DNA from: Nitrospinales bacterium | GTDB taxonomy: Bacteria > Nitrospinota > Nitrospinia > Nitrospinales > JAJDAT01 | DNA length: 64,000 nt | Direction of reading: 5' to 3' | Assembly (NCBI GenBank): GCA_046757665.1 | Contig: JBHHYO010000002.1 | Location: 43,129 to 107,128, forward strand | Part shown: positions 39,323 to 49,310 of the stretch, in pieces | How the letters are laid out: each line of letters starts with the position of its first letter | Position numbering within the stretch: the first letter of the stretch is position 1 | The notes under the pieces: model-generated | What the model saw: the letters and a program-made list of their open reading frames with translations, nothing else | What the model was told of the DNA's origin: nothing | Database searches by the model: none | Translations under genes and position numbers: made by a program

Positions 39323-40550
39323 AAAAAAAATAGGCCAGTTCCAACTGCATCAAATCATCGTTACGCAACGAGAAAAAAGTGTCGTCCGCGGGCTGACTGA
39401 AAAAAGTGCGTATTTCCAGAGTGGTTTTCCAGTGATCGCCAAACCGGCGACTGGCTTCCAGAAACAGGAAGCGCGCACTGCTTGCCACGTCCTGAACCCA
39501 ACCGAACAACAACTCCGTGCTGTCAACATCATTGAAGGCCAGGCGCAATCCATAGGCAATGTCATTGTCGAAAGGGGTGAACGCTTTTTTGCCGCGCTCA
39601 TCGTACATCCATTCGGCGAGCACCCCCAGGTCCATGGGGGTTTCCATGATGCCGGTGAACGTGTATTCAAAACCTCCCGTCCACGCCACGAAGCGCTTTC
39701 CCTGTCCAAAACGCTGTAAGGCTTCCAGCTTCCACAGCCAGTCCCCCGCTACATAGGACACATCCAGTCCGGTCTGATTGATCTGCTCGTAAAAAGGAAT
39801 CAGTACCGGATTGCCTTCGTCGTCCTTTCCGGGCAACAGGGTCGGTTCGCGTCCCGTCCCGTTAAAATGATATATGCCCACGTCCCACTCGCCGATGGTA
39901 TGGCTGTAACGAATGGTCCAATCCGGATGCCACTTTCCCTGGGAACTCTCGAACGCGGCGCGGTCGGTATCGACCACCAGGGAGCTACGCAGGCGTCCGC
40001 TCCGGCCGGGAAAGGTGCGTTCCCGAAAAAAGGGCAGGTAAAACAGGTCGAGGGTGCCCCAATCGCGCGCGATGGATAAATTGGCCATGGGCTGGCCCAA
40101 AAAATCCTCGAAGTCTATATTTTCGATAAAATCGACCTGGTTGATGACGTTGACCAGGTGGAGCACTTCGGTCACCCCCCAGAACTCTCTTCGCACTCCA
40201 AGACGAAGCTCGAAATCATCATGCAGATACAAAAAAGTAAGCTCGCGCAGGTCGAAATGCGTTCTCTCGGAATCCGCCCTGTCCAGGCGGTAAAAAGGCA
40301 CAAAGGTAAAACTGTTCCCGTCTTCCCATTCGTGAAAATACTCCGGCTGAGCGGCCAGGGACACCGTTTGGTCCGCCTGGCCGAGATGCGTTGCGCTGTT
40401 GGCGAACAACCGCGCCTGCCCCTCAACAAAGCCGGACAACTCGTGAGCCGCCGCGCCACTCCCGATATCGGACACTGGAGAAAGGAACAAAGCCATCATC
40501 AGCCGCAAGATGAAAGACCGAACAATCCGGTTTTCACATTTGTTTTCCAT
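39321..40550 (-). CDS. Putative outer membrane beta-barrel protein
   Basis: Signal peptide, amphipathic strands, D.RE, G.....WG, INQ.D and C-terminal ELAYFF. Typical partner of MMPL and LolA-like genes. Confidence 0.75.
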   Translation of the reverse strand: MENKCENRIVRSFILRLMMALFLSPVSDIGSGAAAHELSGFVEGQARLFANSATHLGQADQTVSLAAQPEYFHEWEDGNSFTFVPFYRLDRADSERTHFDLRELTFLYLHDDFELRLGVRREFWGVTEVLHLVNVINQVDFIENIDFEDFLGQPMANLSIARDWGTLDLFYLPFFRERTFPGRSGRLRSSLVVDTDRAAFESSQGKWHPDWTIRYSHTIGEWDVGIYHFNGTGREPTLLPGKDDEGNPVLIPFYEQINQTGLDVSYVAGDWLWKLEALQRFGQGKRFVAWTGGFEYTFTGIMETPMDLGVLAEWMYDERGKKAFTPFDNDIAYGLRLAFNDVDSTELLFGWVQDVASSARFLFLEASRRFGDHWKTTLEIRTFFSQPADDTFFSLRNDDLMQLELAYFF

Positions 40551-40592
40551 TTTCCACGCGGAGTTTGAAATTCCCGGCATCCCGGCGTCCGA

Positions 40593-41249
40593 TCAATGGC
40601 GCACTTGTAAAGTCTTCAAAACCTCGACAACGTCAGCGGGGTCCAGCCGCTTGCTGTAATCCGCATCGACAAAGGCCTTGCGGATCATTCCGGCGGAATC
40701 CACCACATACGTCGCGGCAAGGGGCAACTCAAAGCTTGCCTCGCCGTTGTATTCCGGCAAGTCGATGCCGAAACTTTTGTAAAGCGGCCGCAGGTTCTCG
40801 GGCACTTGAAAGACGAGCCCGAATTGTTTTGCCGCCCCGTTGCCGGCGTCGCTCAACATTTCAAAATCCAGGTTGCATGTCGTTTTTGTCTCCAGCGACT
40901 TGCCGGGCACCTGGGGAGAGATGGCTACCAGAGCGGCGCCCATTGAGCGGATATCGGACAGCGCTTCCTGAAACGCCTGCAATTCGAGACTGCAATAAGG
41001 GCACCAGGAACCGCGGAAGAAACTGATGACCAGCGGCCCCCTGGCCAGAAGTTCCGCCGACCGCACCGTCCGGCCCTCCGCGTCGGGAAGAGCGAACTCG
41101 GGCGCCTTGTCCCCTTCCTTGAGAGCGCGCTCCGCGATTTTCGACTGGACAAGTTTTTCCATGGCCTCGCCCATAACCTTGCGTACGTTCGACGGAATTT
41201 TCTCCGCCATCTGATTTTTCAATTCAACAAGTTTCTGAGTCAGCGACAT
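40593..41249 (-). CDS. Peroxiredoxin-like AhpC/TSA family protein
   Basis: GD.AP.F.LPD, FFRGSWCPYC.LEL, LVAISPQ, LPL.ATYV and DY..R.DP. Confidence 0.9.
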   Translation of the reverse strand: MSLTQKLVELKNQMAEKIPSNVRKVMGEAMEKLVQSKIAERALKEGDKAPEFALPDAEGRTVRSAELLARGPLVISFFRGSWCPYCSLELQAFQEALSDIRSMGAALVAISPQVPGKSLETKTTCNLDFEMLSDAGNGAAKQFGLVFQVPENLRPLYKSFGIDLPEYNGEASFELPLAATYVVDSAGMIRKAFVDADYSKRLDPADVVEVLKTLQVRH

Positions 41250-41284
41250 GATATACCCTCCTTGCTCAAATTAAAGTAAACGGC

Positions 41285-42064
41285 TCAACGAGCACGTTTC
41301 AAACTGTTTTTATTAAAATCCTTGTCATTCAATCCAACACGGAATGCGTACTCTTTCCAAAGCAACCGGGTTGTTTTTCCCGTCTGATGGTTGACCATGA
41401 ACATTTCGTCGGGATACCAGTATTTGTCCAGATAGAGATGGTATCCCTTGAACGTCTGCGTTTTGAGCAGAGCGTTTTTGCGGTCATAATAATCGATCTT
41501 GAGCAAACGGTATTCCTTTTTATCAATCCACACAACCTGCCGGGTGTAGCCGGAGTTCCTGTACTCCGGGTAACGCTCAACGACAAAACAATCCTGCCCT
41601 TCATAGGGCTCGTCGCGCAACCACTTGTAGGTGTATTTTTCAACCTCCTGGCTGGTGATATCCTCGTAGGCAAACTCACTGCCCATGAACGGGCCGGACT
41701 TGTTCGAGGAACTGATGCGCTTGACCCTTTTCAGGGCCGGCAAGTAGAGCCATTGATCGTCGTCGCCTTTCAGATGCGTATAATTCAGCAAGGCGGTGCC
41801 CTTGACATCCCGCGGCCGGTCAAAGATGACCAGGCTCTTATCGCCGTCCCGCCTCACCTCCAGAGTGCGATTGCGCATGTAACGGACACTTTCTTCCCCC
41901 TGGCGGTTTTTCAACGTCATAATCAGTTTAGCCTTAAAATCATGAAAATCGTCATACCGCCTGTCGGCCTCCCGGGCGATGGCCAGACCTTTTTCCTCCG
42001 GCGTCTCGGCGGCGGCCGGCAAGACCATCAGCAACAAAAGACCCGTCAAAAGATAGCGTTTCAT
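41285..42064 (-). CDS. Outer membrane lipoprotein-sorting (LolA-like) periplasmic protein
   Basis: Signal peptide, F..P.DVKGT..L, DDQWLYLPALKRVKRI and FMGSEFAYED. ATG overlaps the MMPL stop. Confidence 0.88.
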   Translation of the reverse strand: MKRYLLTGLLLLMVLPAAAETPEEKGLAIAREADRRYDDFHDFKAKLIMTLKNRQGEESVRYMRNRTLEVRRDGDKSLVIFDRPRDVKGTALLNYTHLKGDDDQWLYLPALKRVKRISSSNKSGPFMGSEFAYEDITSQEVEKYTYKWLRDEPYEGQDCFVVERYPEYRNSGYTRQVVWIDKKEYRLLKIDYYDRKNALLKTQTFKGYHLYLDKYWYPDEMFMVNHQTGKTTRLLWKEYAFRVGLNDKDFNKNSLKRAR

Positions 42065-44358
42065 AGTTTTCCTTCCTCCTTCTCGAATTTCATCAGCAAC
42101 GGCGGCAGGAATAGAAAGTCGGCCACCAGCGCAAAACTGATCGTTATGGTGGTGAGAAGCCCCATATGCGAGTTCATGGTAAACCCGGAACCCGACAGCA
42201 GTAAAAACCCGCAGACCAGGGTTACGGAGGTTATCCAAAGGGCCATGCCGACTGTTTTGAACGAATACCGCACCGCTTCCTGGGGCGAGGCCCCGCGTTC
42301 GCGCCGGGCGCGCAAGTATTTACTCAGGAAATGCACCGTATCGTCAACAATGATTCCCAACGACAACACGGCCACCACGGAAACCGCCAGCCCTATTTCT
42401 TTCCACACAATAGCCCAGAGACCAAAAGCCATGAGCGCCGGGACGAGGTTCGGCACCAGGCTGAGCAGTCCAATCTTGAAACTCCGCAACGCGACAACAA
42501 GAATGACTGTCATCAAAATCAACGCCAATATCCCGCCGGAAATCATGCTGTGCACATTGCGCAAAGCGATGTTGGAAAACATGATCAGCGGACTCGCCCC
42601 ATGCGACCGCATCCCAGGCAAACCGTGCTCGCCCAGCCAGGCCTGGGCTTTTTCCTCCAGCGCCAGGGCGTATTGAGTGGTGAGATCGTCGAAGACCACC
42701 GTGAAGCGGACGGCGGACTTATCCACGTTGATCTGGTTGTTCAGGTCCAAACCGTAAGGCAGGGACATTTCAAACAGCAGGAGATATTGCGCCGCCAGGT
42801 CGCGGCTCTCCGGCAACCGGTAATAGGCATCGTCGTCGCCGTGCATGTTGCGGTTCAGGCGTTTCATGATGTCGGTCAGGCTTCCCACATACACGACGTG
42901 GGGTTGTTTGGCATACCACTGCTTGAATTCCTCCAGCTTGGCGAGGTATTCGGGTTTGCTGATGCCGCCCGGCTCTCCAGCCCGCAGGGAATATTCGATG
43001 GTTTCAAAACCCGTCAGATTTTTGATGATAAAATCATTGTCGTTGCGGAACTGGTAACGATGGTCAAAATATTTTGTAAACAGATCGTTGATTTCGATTC
43101 TGGGAATCTGCGCCGCCAGGAGAACGACAACAGCCAACATGCCCCAAAAAAGGCGGTTGCGGTGGCGGATCACGAAATCCGAAAAATGGTCCATGAATTC
43201 CCTGTGCTCCGAGTCACGCACGGATTTGCGCAACGGAAGCACCGCCATGAAAGCCGGCAGGAACAACACCGAATAAACAAAAGCCGCCATAACCCCCGTT
43301 GCAACCATATTTCCCAAATCACGGAACGGCGGCGAATCGCTGAAATTCAAACTGAGAAAACCGATGGCCGTCGTGATACTGGTAATGAACACCGGTTGCA
43401 TGTTGACCCGCAAGGATTCCACAATTGCCTCATGCCGGGTTCTGCCGCGGTGCATTTCATGAAACATCGTGATCAGGAGATGGACGCTGTCCGCCACGCC
43501 CATGGTCAGAATAAACGTCGGCGCGTTGGCCGAAACGGGGGTCAGCAAAATGCCGAACCAGCCCGCCAGTCCCATGCCGGTGAGCGTGGCGAAAGTGATC
43601 ACCAACAGCGCCGCCAACGTGCCGTAAAACGTGCGCAGGGACACCCACATAATGACGATAATCAACAGATACATCGCCGGGATGAGCGTTTCCATGTCCA
43701 TCTTGCTGGCTTCGGAAAACTGGTTGTCCATAAACACAACGCCGGACAGGTAAATTTTCAAGTCAGGATGCTTTTTGCCAAAATCCGCCACCATGCGGCG
43801 CACAAACGAGGCCACCTCCGGCACTTCGGAAATATTCTTTTCCGGCATGTGAACCGTGACGTTTATTCCCGTCACATGGGCGGAGGGAGAAATCAGCCGG
43901 CGGAACAGCAAAGGCTCGGCAAGAGCGATTTTCTTTATGCGCTGTAATTCGGCGTCGGAGAGGGTCTCGGCATTTTTCACCAGGTCCTCCACCACCAAAT
44001 CGTCTCCCTTGGCCCAGGAATGTTGAAAGTTCGTGATGGATTCCACACGGGTTGAATAGGGAATCTGCCAGGCCTCTTTGGTCAGTTCCTCGACGGCGGC
44101 CAGGTTTTCGCGGGTAAACACATGACCGTTATCGGGGGCGAGAGCGATCAGCACATTGTCATTTTTGTTATAGGTATTTTGCAGAGTTTCGAACGCCTGC
44201 AACTGGGGATTGTCTTTGCCGAAAAACACGCGATAATCCGTGGTGAACCCCAAAAACCTGCCGCCCGACGCCGACGCCGCAACAAGCAGAAGAGTTGCGG
44301 CAAGAATTCCCCAGCGGCGGCGCACCACCCATTCACCGTATTCGTACCTGGATTGCAT
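42061..44358 (-). CDS. MMPL/RND family transporter
   Basis: DYRVFF...NP, TMGVADSVH, TSITTAIGF and GIIVDDTVH. Confidence 0.92.
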   Translation of the reverse strand: MQSRYEYGEWVVRRRWGILAATLLLVAASASGGRFLGFTTDYRVFFGKDNPQLQAFETLQNTYNKNDNVLIALAPDNGHVFTRENLAAVEELTKEAWQIPYSTRVESITNFQHSWAKGDDLVVEDLVKNAETLSDAELQRIKKIALAEPLLFRRLISPSAHVTGINVTVHMPEKNISEVPEVASFVRRMVADFGKKHPDLKIYLSGVVFMDNQFSEASKMDMETLIPAMYLLIIVIMWVSLRTFYGTLAALLVITFATLTGMGLAGWFGILLTPVSANAPTFILTMGVADSVHLLITMFHEMHRGRTRHEAIVESLRVNMQPVFITSITTAIGFLSLNFSDSPPFRDLGNMVATGVMAAFVYSVLFLPAFMAVLPLRKSVRDSEHREFMDHFSDFVIRHRNRLFWGMLAVVVLLAAQIPRIEINDLFTKYFDHRYQFRNDNDFIIKNLTGFETIEYSLRAGEPGGISKPEYLAKLEEFKQWYAKQPHVVYVGSLTDIMKRLNRNMHGDDDAYYRLPESRDLAAQYLLLFEMSLPYGLDLNNQINVDKSAVRFTVVFDDLTTQYALALEEKAQAWLGEHGLPGMRSHGASPLIMFSNIALRNVHSMISGGILALILMTVILVVALRSFKIGLLSLVPNLVPALMAFGLWAIVWKEIGLAVSVVAVLSLGIIVDDTVHFLSKYLRARRERGASPQEAVRYSFKTVGMALWITSVTLVCGFLLLSGSGFTMNSHMGLLTTITISFALVADFLFLPPLLMKFEKEEGKL

Positions 44359-44403
44359 TCCCGGTTTTCGCCTTTATAGTTCAGTAAATATTTTTAACTT
44401 TAT

Positions 44404-45024
44404 TCAGCGTCCGCGTTTGCGGCCGTCCACTTTTGCCAATCCCCGGATGAGCAACCGCACCACGCCCCGGGCTTCCTGCTCCAATTCCCGAAGGGAGAAT
44501 ATATTCATAAAATGCGGAGCGTTGAATTTCACGGTCGCCGCTTGAATCATCCGCGCGGTGGACAGAATGTCGGGGATATCGAATTCTCCCGACCGGTTGC
44601 CCTCGGCCAGGATTTCCGCCATCAGGGAGCGCTGAACCTCCAGACTGCGGCTGACCAAATCCCAGCGTTTTTCGGAAATGAACGCCAGCAATTCGAAAAT
44701 TCGCGGCTGATCGGAAAACTGCTCGTACTTGTGGTGAAGGATTTGCAGGACGAACTGCTCCAGGCGCTTGCCCGGTGAAAGTTTTTGCTTCCTCAAAACA
44801 TTCCGCAAAAGATTTTCCGTTTGGTCCAGGCACCGCGCCGCGCACTCTGCGGCGATCTCCGCCTTGTTTTCATAGTAACGGTAAAGGTTTCCCGCCGACA
44901 TATCACAGTCGGCGGCAATTTCTGCCATGGTCGTTTTACCCATTCCATACTTGCCGAAGCGGGCAAATGCCGCATCCAGAATCCGGCTCCGGATTGCCTC
45001 CGTGGTTCGCTCCAAGGTTTTCAT
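44404..45024 (-). CDS. TetR/AcrR family transcriptional regulator
   Basis: ILDAA...F...G...TTM.EIA....MS.GNLYRYY.NK HTH. Confidence 0.93.
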   Translation of the reverse strand: MKTLERTTEAIRSRILDAAFARFGKYGMGKTTMAEIAADCDMSAGNLYRYYENKAEIAAECAARCLDQTENLLRNVLRKQKLSPGKRLEQFVLQILHHKYEQFSDQPRIFELLAFISEKRWDLVSRSLEVQRSLMAEILAEGNRSGEFDIPDILSTARMIQAATVKFNAPHFMNIFSLRELEQEARGVVRLLIRGLAKVDGRKRGR

Positions 45025-45044
45025 GGTTTCGCCCTGCCTTGCTG

Positions 45045-45056
45045 GTAAATATTTAC
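45045..45056. promoter_or_regulatory. Candidate TetR operator
   Basis: Perfect palindrome GTAAATATTTAC upstream of tetR. GTAAATATTT recurs at 44384-44393 upstream of the MMPL gene. Confidence 0.5.
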
Positions 45057-45103
45057 TATTTTATTTAATTTTTACTATAACAGAAAGGCTTCCTCTTGCA
45101 AAG

Positions 45104-45276
45104 GAGACCTTTGCACAAATGTACTTGTCCGACCGTCATTGCGAGTCGGCGAAGCCGACGAAGCAATCCAGAAAGGAGCCATTCCCACCGGGCGTGGCCC
45201 GGCTGGATCGCCACGCCGCCGGTGGCGGCTCGCGATGGCGCCGGGGTGGGGGAATCTCGGGTTAGGCAGAGAAAGT
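45104..45276 (+). mobile_element. MITE-like repeat, copy 5 (right TIR degenerate)
   Basis: GAGACCTTTGCAC left end, core 45135-45239, right end GAATCTCGGGTTAGGCAGAG. Confidence 0.78.
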
Positions 45277-47976
45277 TTAAACGGCCAGTTGGTTGGCGCC
45301 AAGCCGCTTGTAGATTTTCAGGGACTGGTGGTGGCAGGAGAGGACGATCACTTGCCGGGTTGCGGCAAAGGCTTTGAGGATTTTCATGAGGCTGAGCGCC
45401 CGTTCGTCGTCGAAATTGACCAGCACATCATCCATGATCACCGGCAACGGCTCCGAGCGTTTTTCGTATTCTTCAATCAATCCGAGGCGCATGGCCAGGT
45501 AAAGCTGTTCCCGGGTGCCCCGGCTCATTTCCACGACGCCGCGCCGTTGTCCCGATTCGTTGTCGATGAGAATTTCGTCCTTGTCGAGGGGTTTGAAAAT
45601 TTTATTGTACCTGCCGCCGGTCACCCGCGAGAAGATATTTTCCGCGGCCCGTATGACTTCGGGTTGCCGCTCGCGCTCGTATTTTTGCTTGGCCCGCTCC
45701 AGCATGAAATGCGCGATTTTGCAGGTCACCCATTCCCTGGCGCAAAACTTCAATTGCTCGTTCTTGATTCCCAATTCATTCTGCTTGATGAGAAGCTCAT
45801 CCTCCGAGGCCAACTGGTTTAATTCATTACGGATTTCGCCCATTTCCTGATTGACGCGGTCCTTGGCTTCCTGCAATTCCTTTAAATACCGGGTCACTTC
45901 ATCAAGTTCGCGCTGGATTTCCTCGGGATGAGTCTCGTTGATGGATTGCAGGAATTGTTCATAGGCCGCGTCCAACCCGATCCTGGACTGAATGAGGCGG
46001 CGCTTTTCGTCCACGGTGTTTTGTAGCAGTTTCTTTTTATCGAGTTGGCGGCGCTTGTTTTCAAAATCTTCGCCATCGGCAACGTCAAGGGATCGAAAAA
46101 ATTCCTGCAACCCTATTTCGTGTTCATTGATCTGCGACATGAGCCGGTCGATTTTTCCTTCGAGGGCGCTCAACTGAATTTGCAGGCCGGATCGTTTTTC
46201 CCGGTTTCTTTCGGCTTCTTCATAGGCGAGGTTGATCAGATTAATGGCCGGCCCCAGATCCTGCTCCAGGACGGGGGTTTGCAGGGCGGGGGCGATTTCG
46301 CCGACCAGGCCGCCGGCCTTGTCCAGGGTCTCCCGCATCCTTTCCAGCCTCTGGGCCAACTCGTCCCTTTGGCGAAGCAGAGCCTTGACGCGCTTGATGG
46401 TGCCGATCGCCTCTTGCGTGCGGGTGGGAGTCAAATGCTCGTTCAGTTTCTTTTTTCGCAACCAGGCGCGCCAGTCGGCGAATTTTTTATCTTCCTCTTG
46501 CTGTGCCCGCTCCAGCTTTTCGACCAAGAGAGGTTCGAACCGGTCCTCCTTGACCAAAGTATCTTTTCTTTTATAAATCATGCGGGCGGAAACCGCGCCC
46601 AAAACCAGGGTCACCAGCGAAAACGCCATCAGGGGAAAGATCGAGATCAACCAGCCCCACAAAAGCCCGGCCGCGCCCATCCCCAACAGACCGTAAGAAA
46701 CCACTTTCAGCCATTCCGGGATATTCATTCCCCTGGACATTTCCTCCGCTTTCTGGCGCTTATGCTCCTCCAGTTTCTCCCTCGCCCGGCGCACGTTTTG
46801 CTGGCTTTCCACCAAATCTTTCTGACTGACCTCAATGATATCTTTTTCCGCCGGGGTGATCTCAAAACCAGCCACGGCATCCTCATCCCATTGAGGATCG
46901 ATCTCATTGATGTCCGCCTGAATTTGCTCCTTCAACAAGTCCATTTTTTCGCTGATGGCCGGCCGGTCCGCCAGGATCGACAGCGCCTGCTCCGTCATAT
47001 TGCGCAGGCCAACCACGGCTTCCTGGCGCTGTAACAACTTTTCATTGACGGAAATACCGTCGCGTTCCACTTTCAGCTTTTCCCGGTTTTCATTTTCTTC
47101 ATCAAGCCGGTTCTTCAGGTTGCTGAGTTCCAGTTGCATCCCGCGGAGCGTTTCGCAGGCATGTTCCGGAAAGTCGGGAAGGCCGCCAAACCGCCCCAGT
47201 TCTTCCTCGGCTTCCTTTAACTCGACGTACGCCGGATACAAATCCAGCCGGGTCTCCAGAACGCGCCTTTGAGTTTCCAGTTCCTGCGCGGCGCGTTCCT
47301 GGCTTGTTTTATCCTCCTTCAATTTCCCGGCCTTGCTCTGAAGGTCGTCGTACCGGGCCAGGCGGTCCTGAATCTCGCCGATCTCCTGCTGAAGCCCTTT
47401 GATGTCGTTCAGCAACACAGACATTTCCCGGGTTTTTCCTCGCGGAGCAAACAACTCATTACAGCGTTTGCGAAAACTGTCGGCCATGTTGATAATCGAC
47501 TTGGCTCCCAGCCCCATTCCCACGCCGTAAATATGGGTCTTGATCTCTTCCCCCTGAAGCGACCCGAAAGCTTGCAGTTCTTCCAGGGTAAAAGCGAATA
47601 TATTCTGGTAAAGCTCTTTCGAGGCATTGCCGAGAAAAGCGTTTAAATTTTCCTGGCCGTGAAGTTGGCGGGAATCCACCCAAACGGTGACCGTTCCTTT
47701 CTGCGGCCCCGAAGTCCGGGCAATGATAATCTCCTCGCCATTGGCCAGTTGGGAAACAAGCCTTCCCCCGTAAGTCCCTCCATTCAGTGGCGGGTATTGA
47801 TTGACGTTCTGACTTTTGCCGGGAAACCCAAACAAAATCCGCCGAATAAATTCCAGCAGTGTGGTCTTGCCGAACTCATTGGGACCATGGATCACGTTGA
47901 TTCCGGAAGTGAGCCCCTTGACCTGACGGTTGGCAAAGGCTCCGAACCCGTCGATATGTAATTCACGAATTTGCAT
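45277..47976 (-). CDS. YhaN/SbcE-like SMC/Rad50-type ATPase with central transmembrane segment
   Basis: I..L.I.GFG, Walker A GPNEFGKTT, long coiled coils, signature MSRGTREQ and Walker B VIMDDVLVNFD. Confidence 0.9.
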   Translation of the reverse strand: MQIRELHIDGFGAFANRQVKGLTSGINVIHGPNEFGKTTLLEFIRRILFGFPGKSQNVNQYPPLNGGTYGGRLVSQLANGEEIIIARTSGPQKGTVTVWVDSRQLHGQENLNAFLGNASKELYQNIFAFTLEELQAFGSLQGEEIKTHIYGVGMGLGAKSIINMADSFRKRCNELFAPRGKTREMSVLLNDIKGLQQEIGEIQDRLARYDDLQSKAGKLKEDKTSQERAAQELETQRRVLETRLDLYPAYVELKEAEEELGRFGGLPDFPEHACETLRGMQLELSNLKNRLDEENENREKLKVERDGISVNEKLLQRQEAVVGLRNMTEQALSILADRPAISEKMDLLKEQIQADINEIDPQWDEDAVAGFEITPAEKDIIEVSQKDLVESQQNVRRAREKLEEHKRQKAEEMSRGMNIPEWLKVVSYGLLGMGAAGLLWGWLISIFPLMAFSLVTLVLGAVSARMIYKRKDTLVKEDRFEPLLVEKLERAQQEEDKKFADWRAWLRKKKLNEHLTPTRTQEAIGTIKRVKALLRQRDELAQRLERMRETLDKAGGLVGEIAPALQTPVLEQDLGPAINLINLAYEEAERNREKRSGLQIQLSALEGKIDRLMSQINEHEIGLQEFFRSLDVADGEDFENKRRQLDKKKLLQNTVDEKRRLIQSRIGLDAAYEQFLQSINETHPEEIQRELDEVTRYLKELQEAKDRVNQEMGEIRNELNQLASEDELLIKQNELGIKNEQLKFCAREWVTCKIAHFMLERAKQKYERERQPEVIRAAENIFSRVTGGRYNKIFKPLDKDEILIDNESGQRRGVVEMSRGTREQLYLAMRLGLIEEYEKRSEPLPVIMDDVLVNFDDERALSLMKILKAFAATRQVIVLSCHHQSLKIYKRLGANQLAV

Positions 47977-48005
47977 GGATTGGCTTGCTTCCCGTCCGAG
48001 GAAGG

Positions 48006-49262
48006 TTAATCGTCTTCCATCAGTTGATCGAGCGTCAATTCCCTTGCTTCCTGGACCAGGCGCATCAATTCCTCCGGCGTCAAATCGTCCAGGTAGCGGC
48101 CCCCCGGCCACTCTTCAAACAAAGGTTTCAACGTGTCTTTAATGTCATCCAGCAACGCCCCGTTTTCCGCCTCGTCATAAAGGGAAAGAATGTCGGCAAT
48201 GAAATCGTTTCCCTGCCGGCGGGAATCAATGTCATACAATCCCCGCGTATCGAGCCCCAAGTCCACCCAGACGCCGGGAGACCGGGCTGAAAATTGATCG
48301 TGGATATCCTCCTGCAATTCATCCAGGGCTCCCCCCCTGTGCAATTCGGCATGAAGCATCGAGCGGCCGGTAAGTTTGAAGCGAATCAGCACGTCCCGGC
48401 CGTCCATGTCCGAGGAGATTTCTTTGCTTTTGGATCGGATGCTACGCAAAACGTCGTCCAGGCTTGAGCAATGGGTGATATCCATGTCCTGCGAAACGTA
48501 GCGGATGACATCGGTCGCCACGAAGCGAACCTGGGGAGGAGCCTGTTCGCGCAGGGTGACCAGGCAACAGCCTTTCCGGCCCTGTTCCTTGAAACTTCGC
48601 GCCTGGGAGTTGCCGGAATACACCACGGCGGGATCGTGTTCCCTTAATATCTGATGTGCATGAACATGCCCAAGCGCCCAGTAGTCCATGCCTTTTCCCA
48701 AAAGTTGTTTCAATTGGCACGGCGCGTAATTCTCATGGCTGGAGTTGCCGCCCACATTGGTATGCAAAACGCCGACGGCAAATCCCGACGCATGTTTTTT
48801 GTCGAACCGCAAGGCCAGGTTCTCCGTAACCTGGCGCTCGGGAAAACCGATTCCATAAACATGCGCGGTAGGTTTGCCCTCGCGGGCCACCTCGCAACGC
48901 TCCACCCGGTCGCCGGGGAAGATGGTTACATTTTCCGGATACTGGAGAGAGGCGGAGCGACTGTTCAAGGGATCGTGGTTGCCGTGAGCCACAAAGGCCG
49001 GGATGCCGGCCTCGGCAAGCTTTGTCAGGGCGTTGCGGAATTTCAACTGCGCTTGCAGACTTTTGTCCTCCGCGTCATACACGTCTCCGGCGACGATCAC
49101 CGCATCGACCTGTTCCCGCAAGGCCAGGTCGATGATGTTCTGAAACGCCTGGAAAGTCGCGTGGCGCAGTTTTTCCTTCAACTCGGGGCGCACCTTCGCC
49201 AATCCCGAAAACGGCGTGTCCAGATGCAGGTCGGAACAATGTATGAAACGAAACTCAGACAT
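48006..49262 (-). CDS. YhaO-like Mre11/SbcD-family DNA repair nuclease
   Basis: FIHCSDLHLD, AGDVYD, GNHD, LH, YAPC, YWALGHVH and Y.GN.Q.R. Confidence 0.92.
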   Translation of the reverse strand: MSEFRFIHCSDLHLDTPFSGLAKVRPELKEKLRHATFQAFQNIIDLALREQVDAVIVAGDVYDAEDKSLQAQLKFRNALTKLAEAGIPAFVAHGNHDPLNSRSASLQYPENVTIFPGDRVERCEVAREGKPTAHVYGIGFPERQVTENLALRFDKKHASGFAVGVLHTNVGGNSSHENYAPCQLKQLLGKGMDYWALGHVHAHQILREHDPAVVYSGNSQARSFKEQGRKGCCLVTLREQAPPQVRFVATDVIRYVSQDMDITHCSSLDDVLRSIRSKSKEISSDMDGRDVLIRFKLTGRSMLHAELHRGGALDELQEDIHDQFSARSPGVWVDLGLDTRGLYDIDSRRQGNDFIADILSLYDEAENGALLDDIKDTLKPLFEEWPGGRYLDDLTPEELMRLVQEARELTLDQLMEDD

Positions 49263-49310
49263 CAGTTAAAAATCATCCTATCCCAAAAAATTTTCACGCG
49301 GCCCGGACTA

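Noticed and set aside
45277-49262. Known anti-phage SMC systems (Wadjet, Lamassu)
   Set aside because: No kleisin/JetD or Lamassu effector partners, and the motifs fit the YhaN/YhaO pair.
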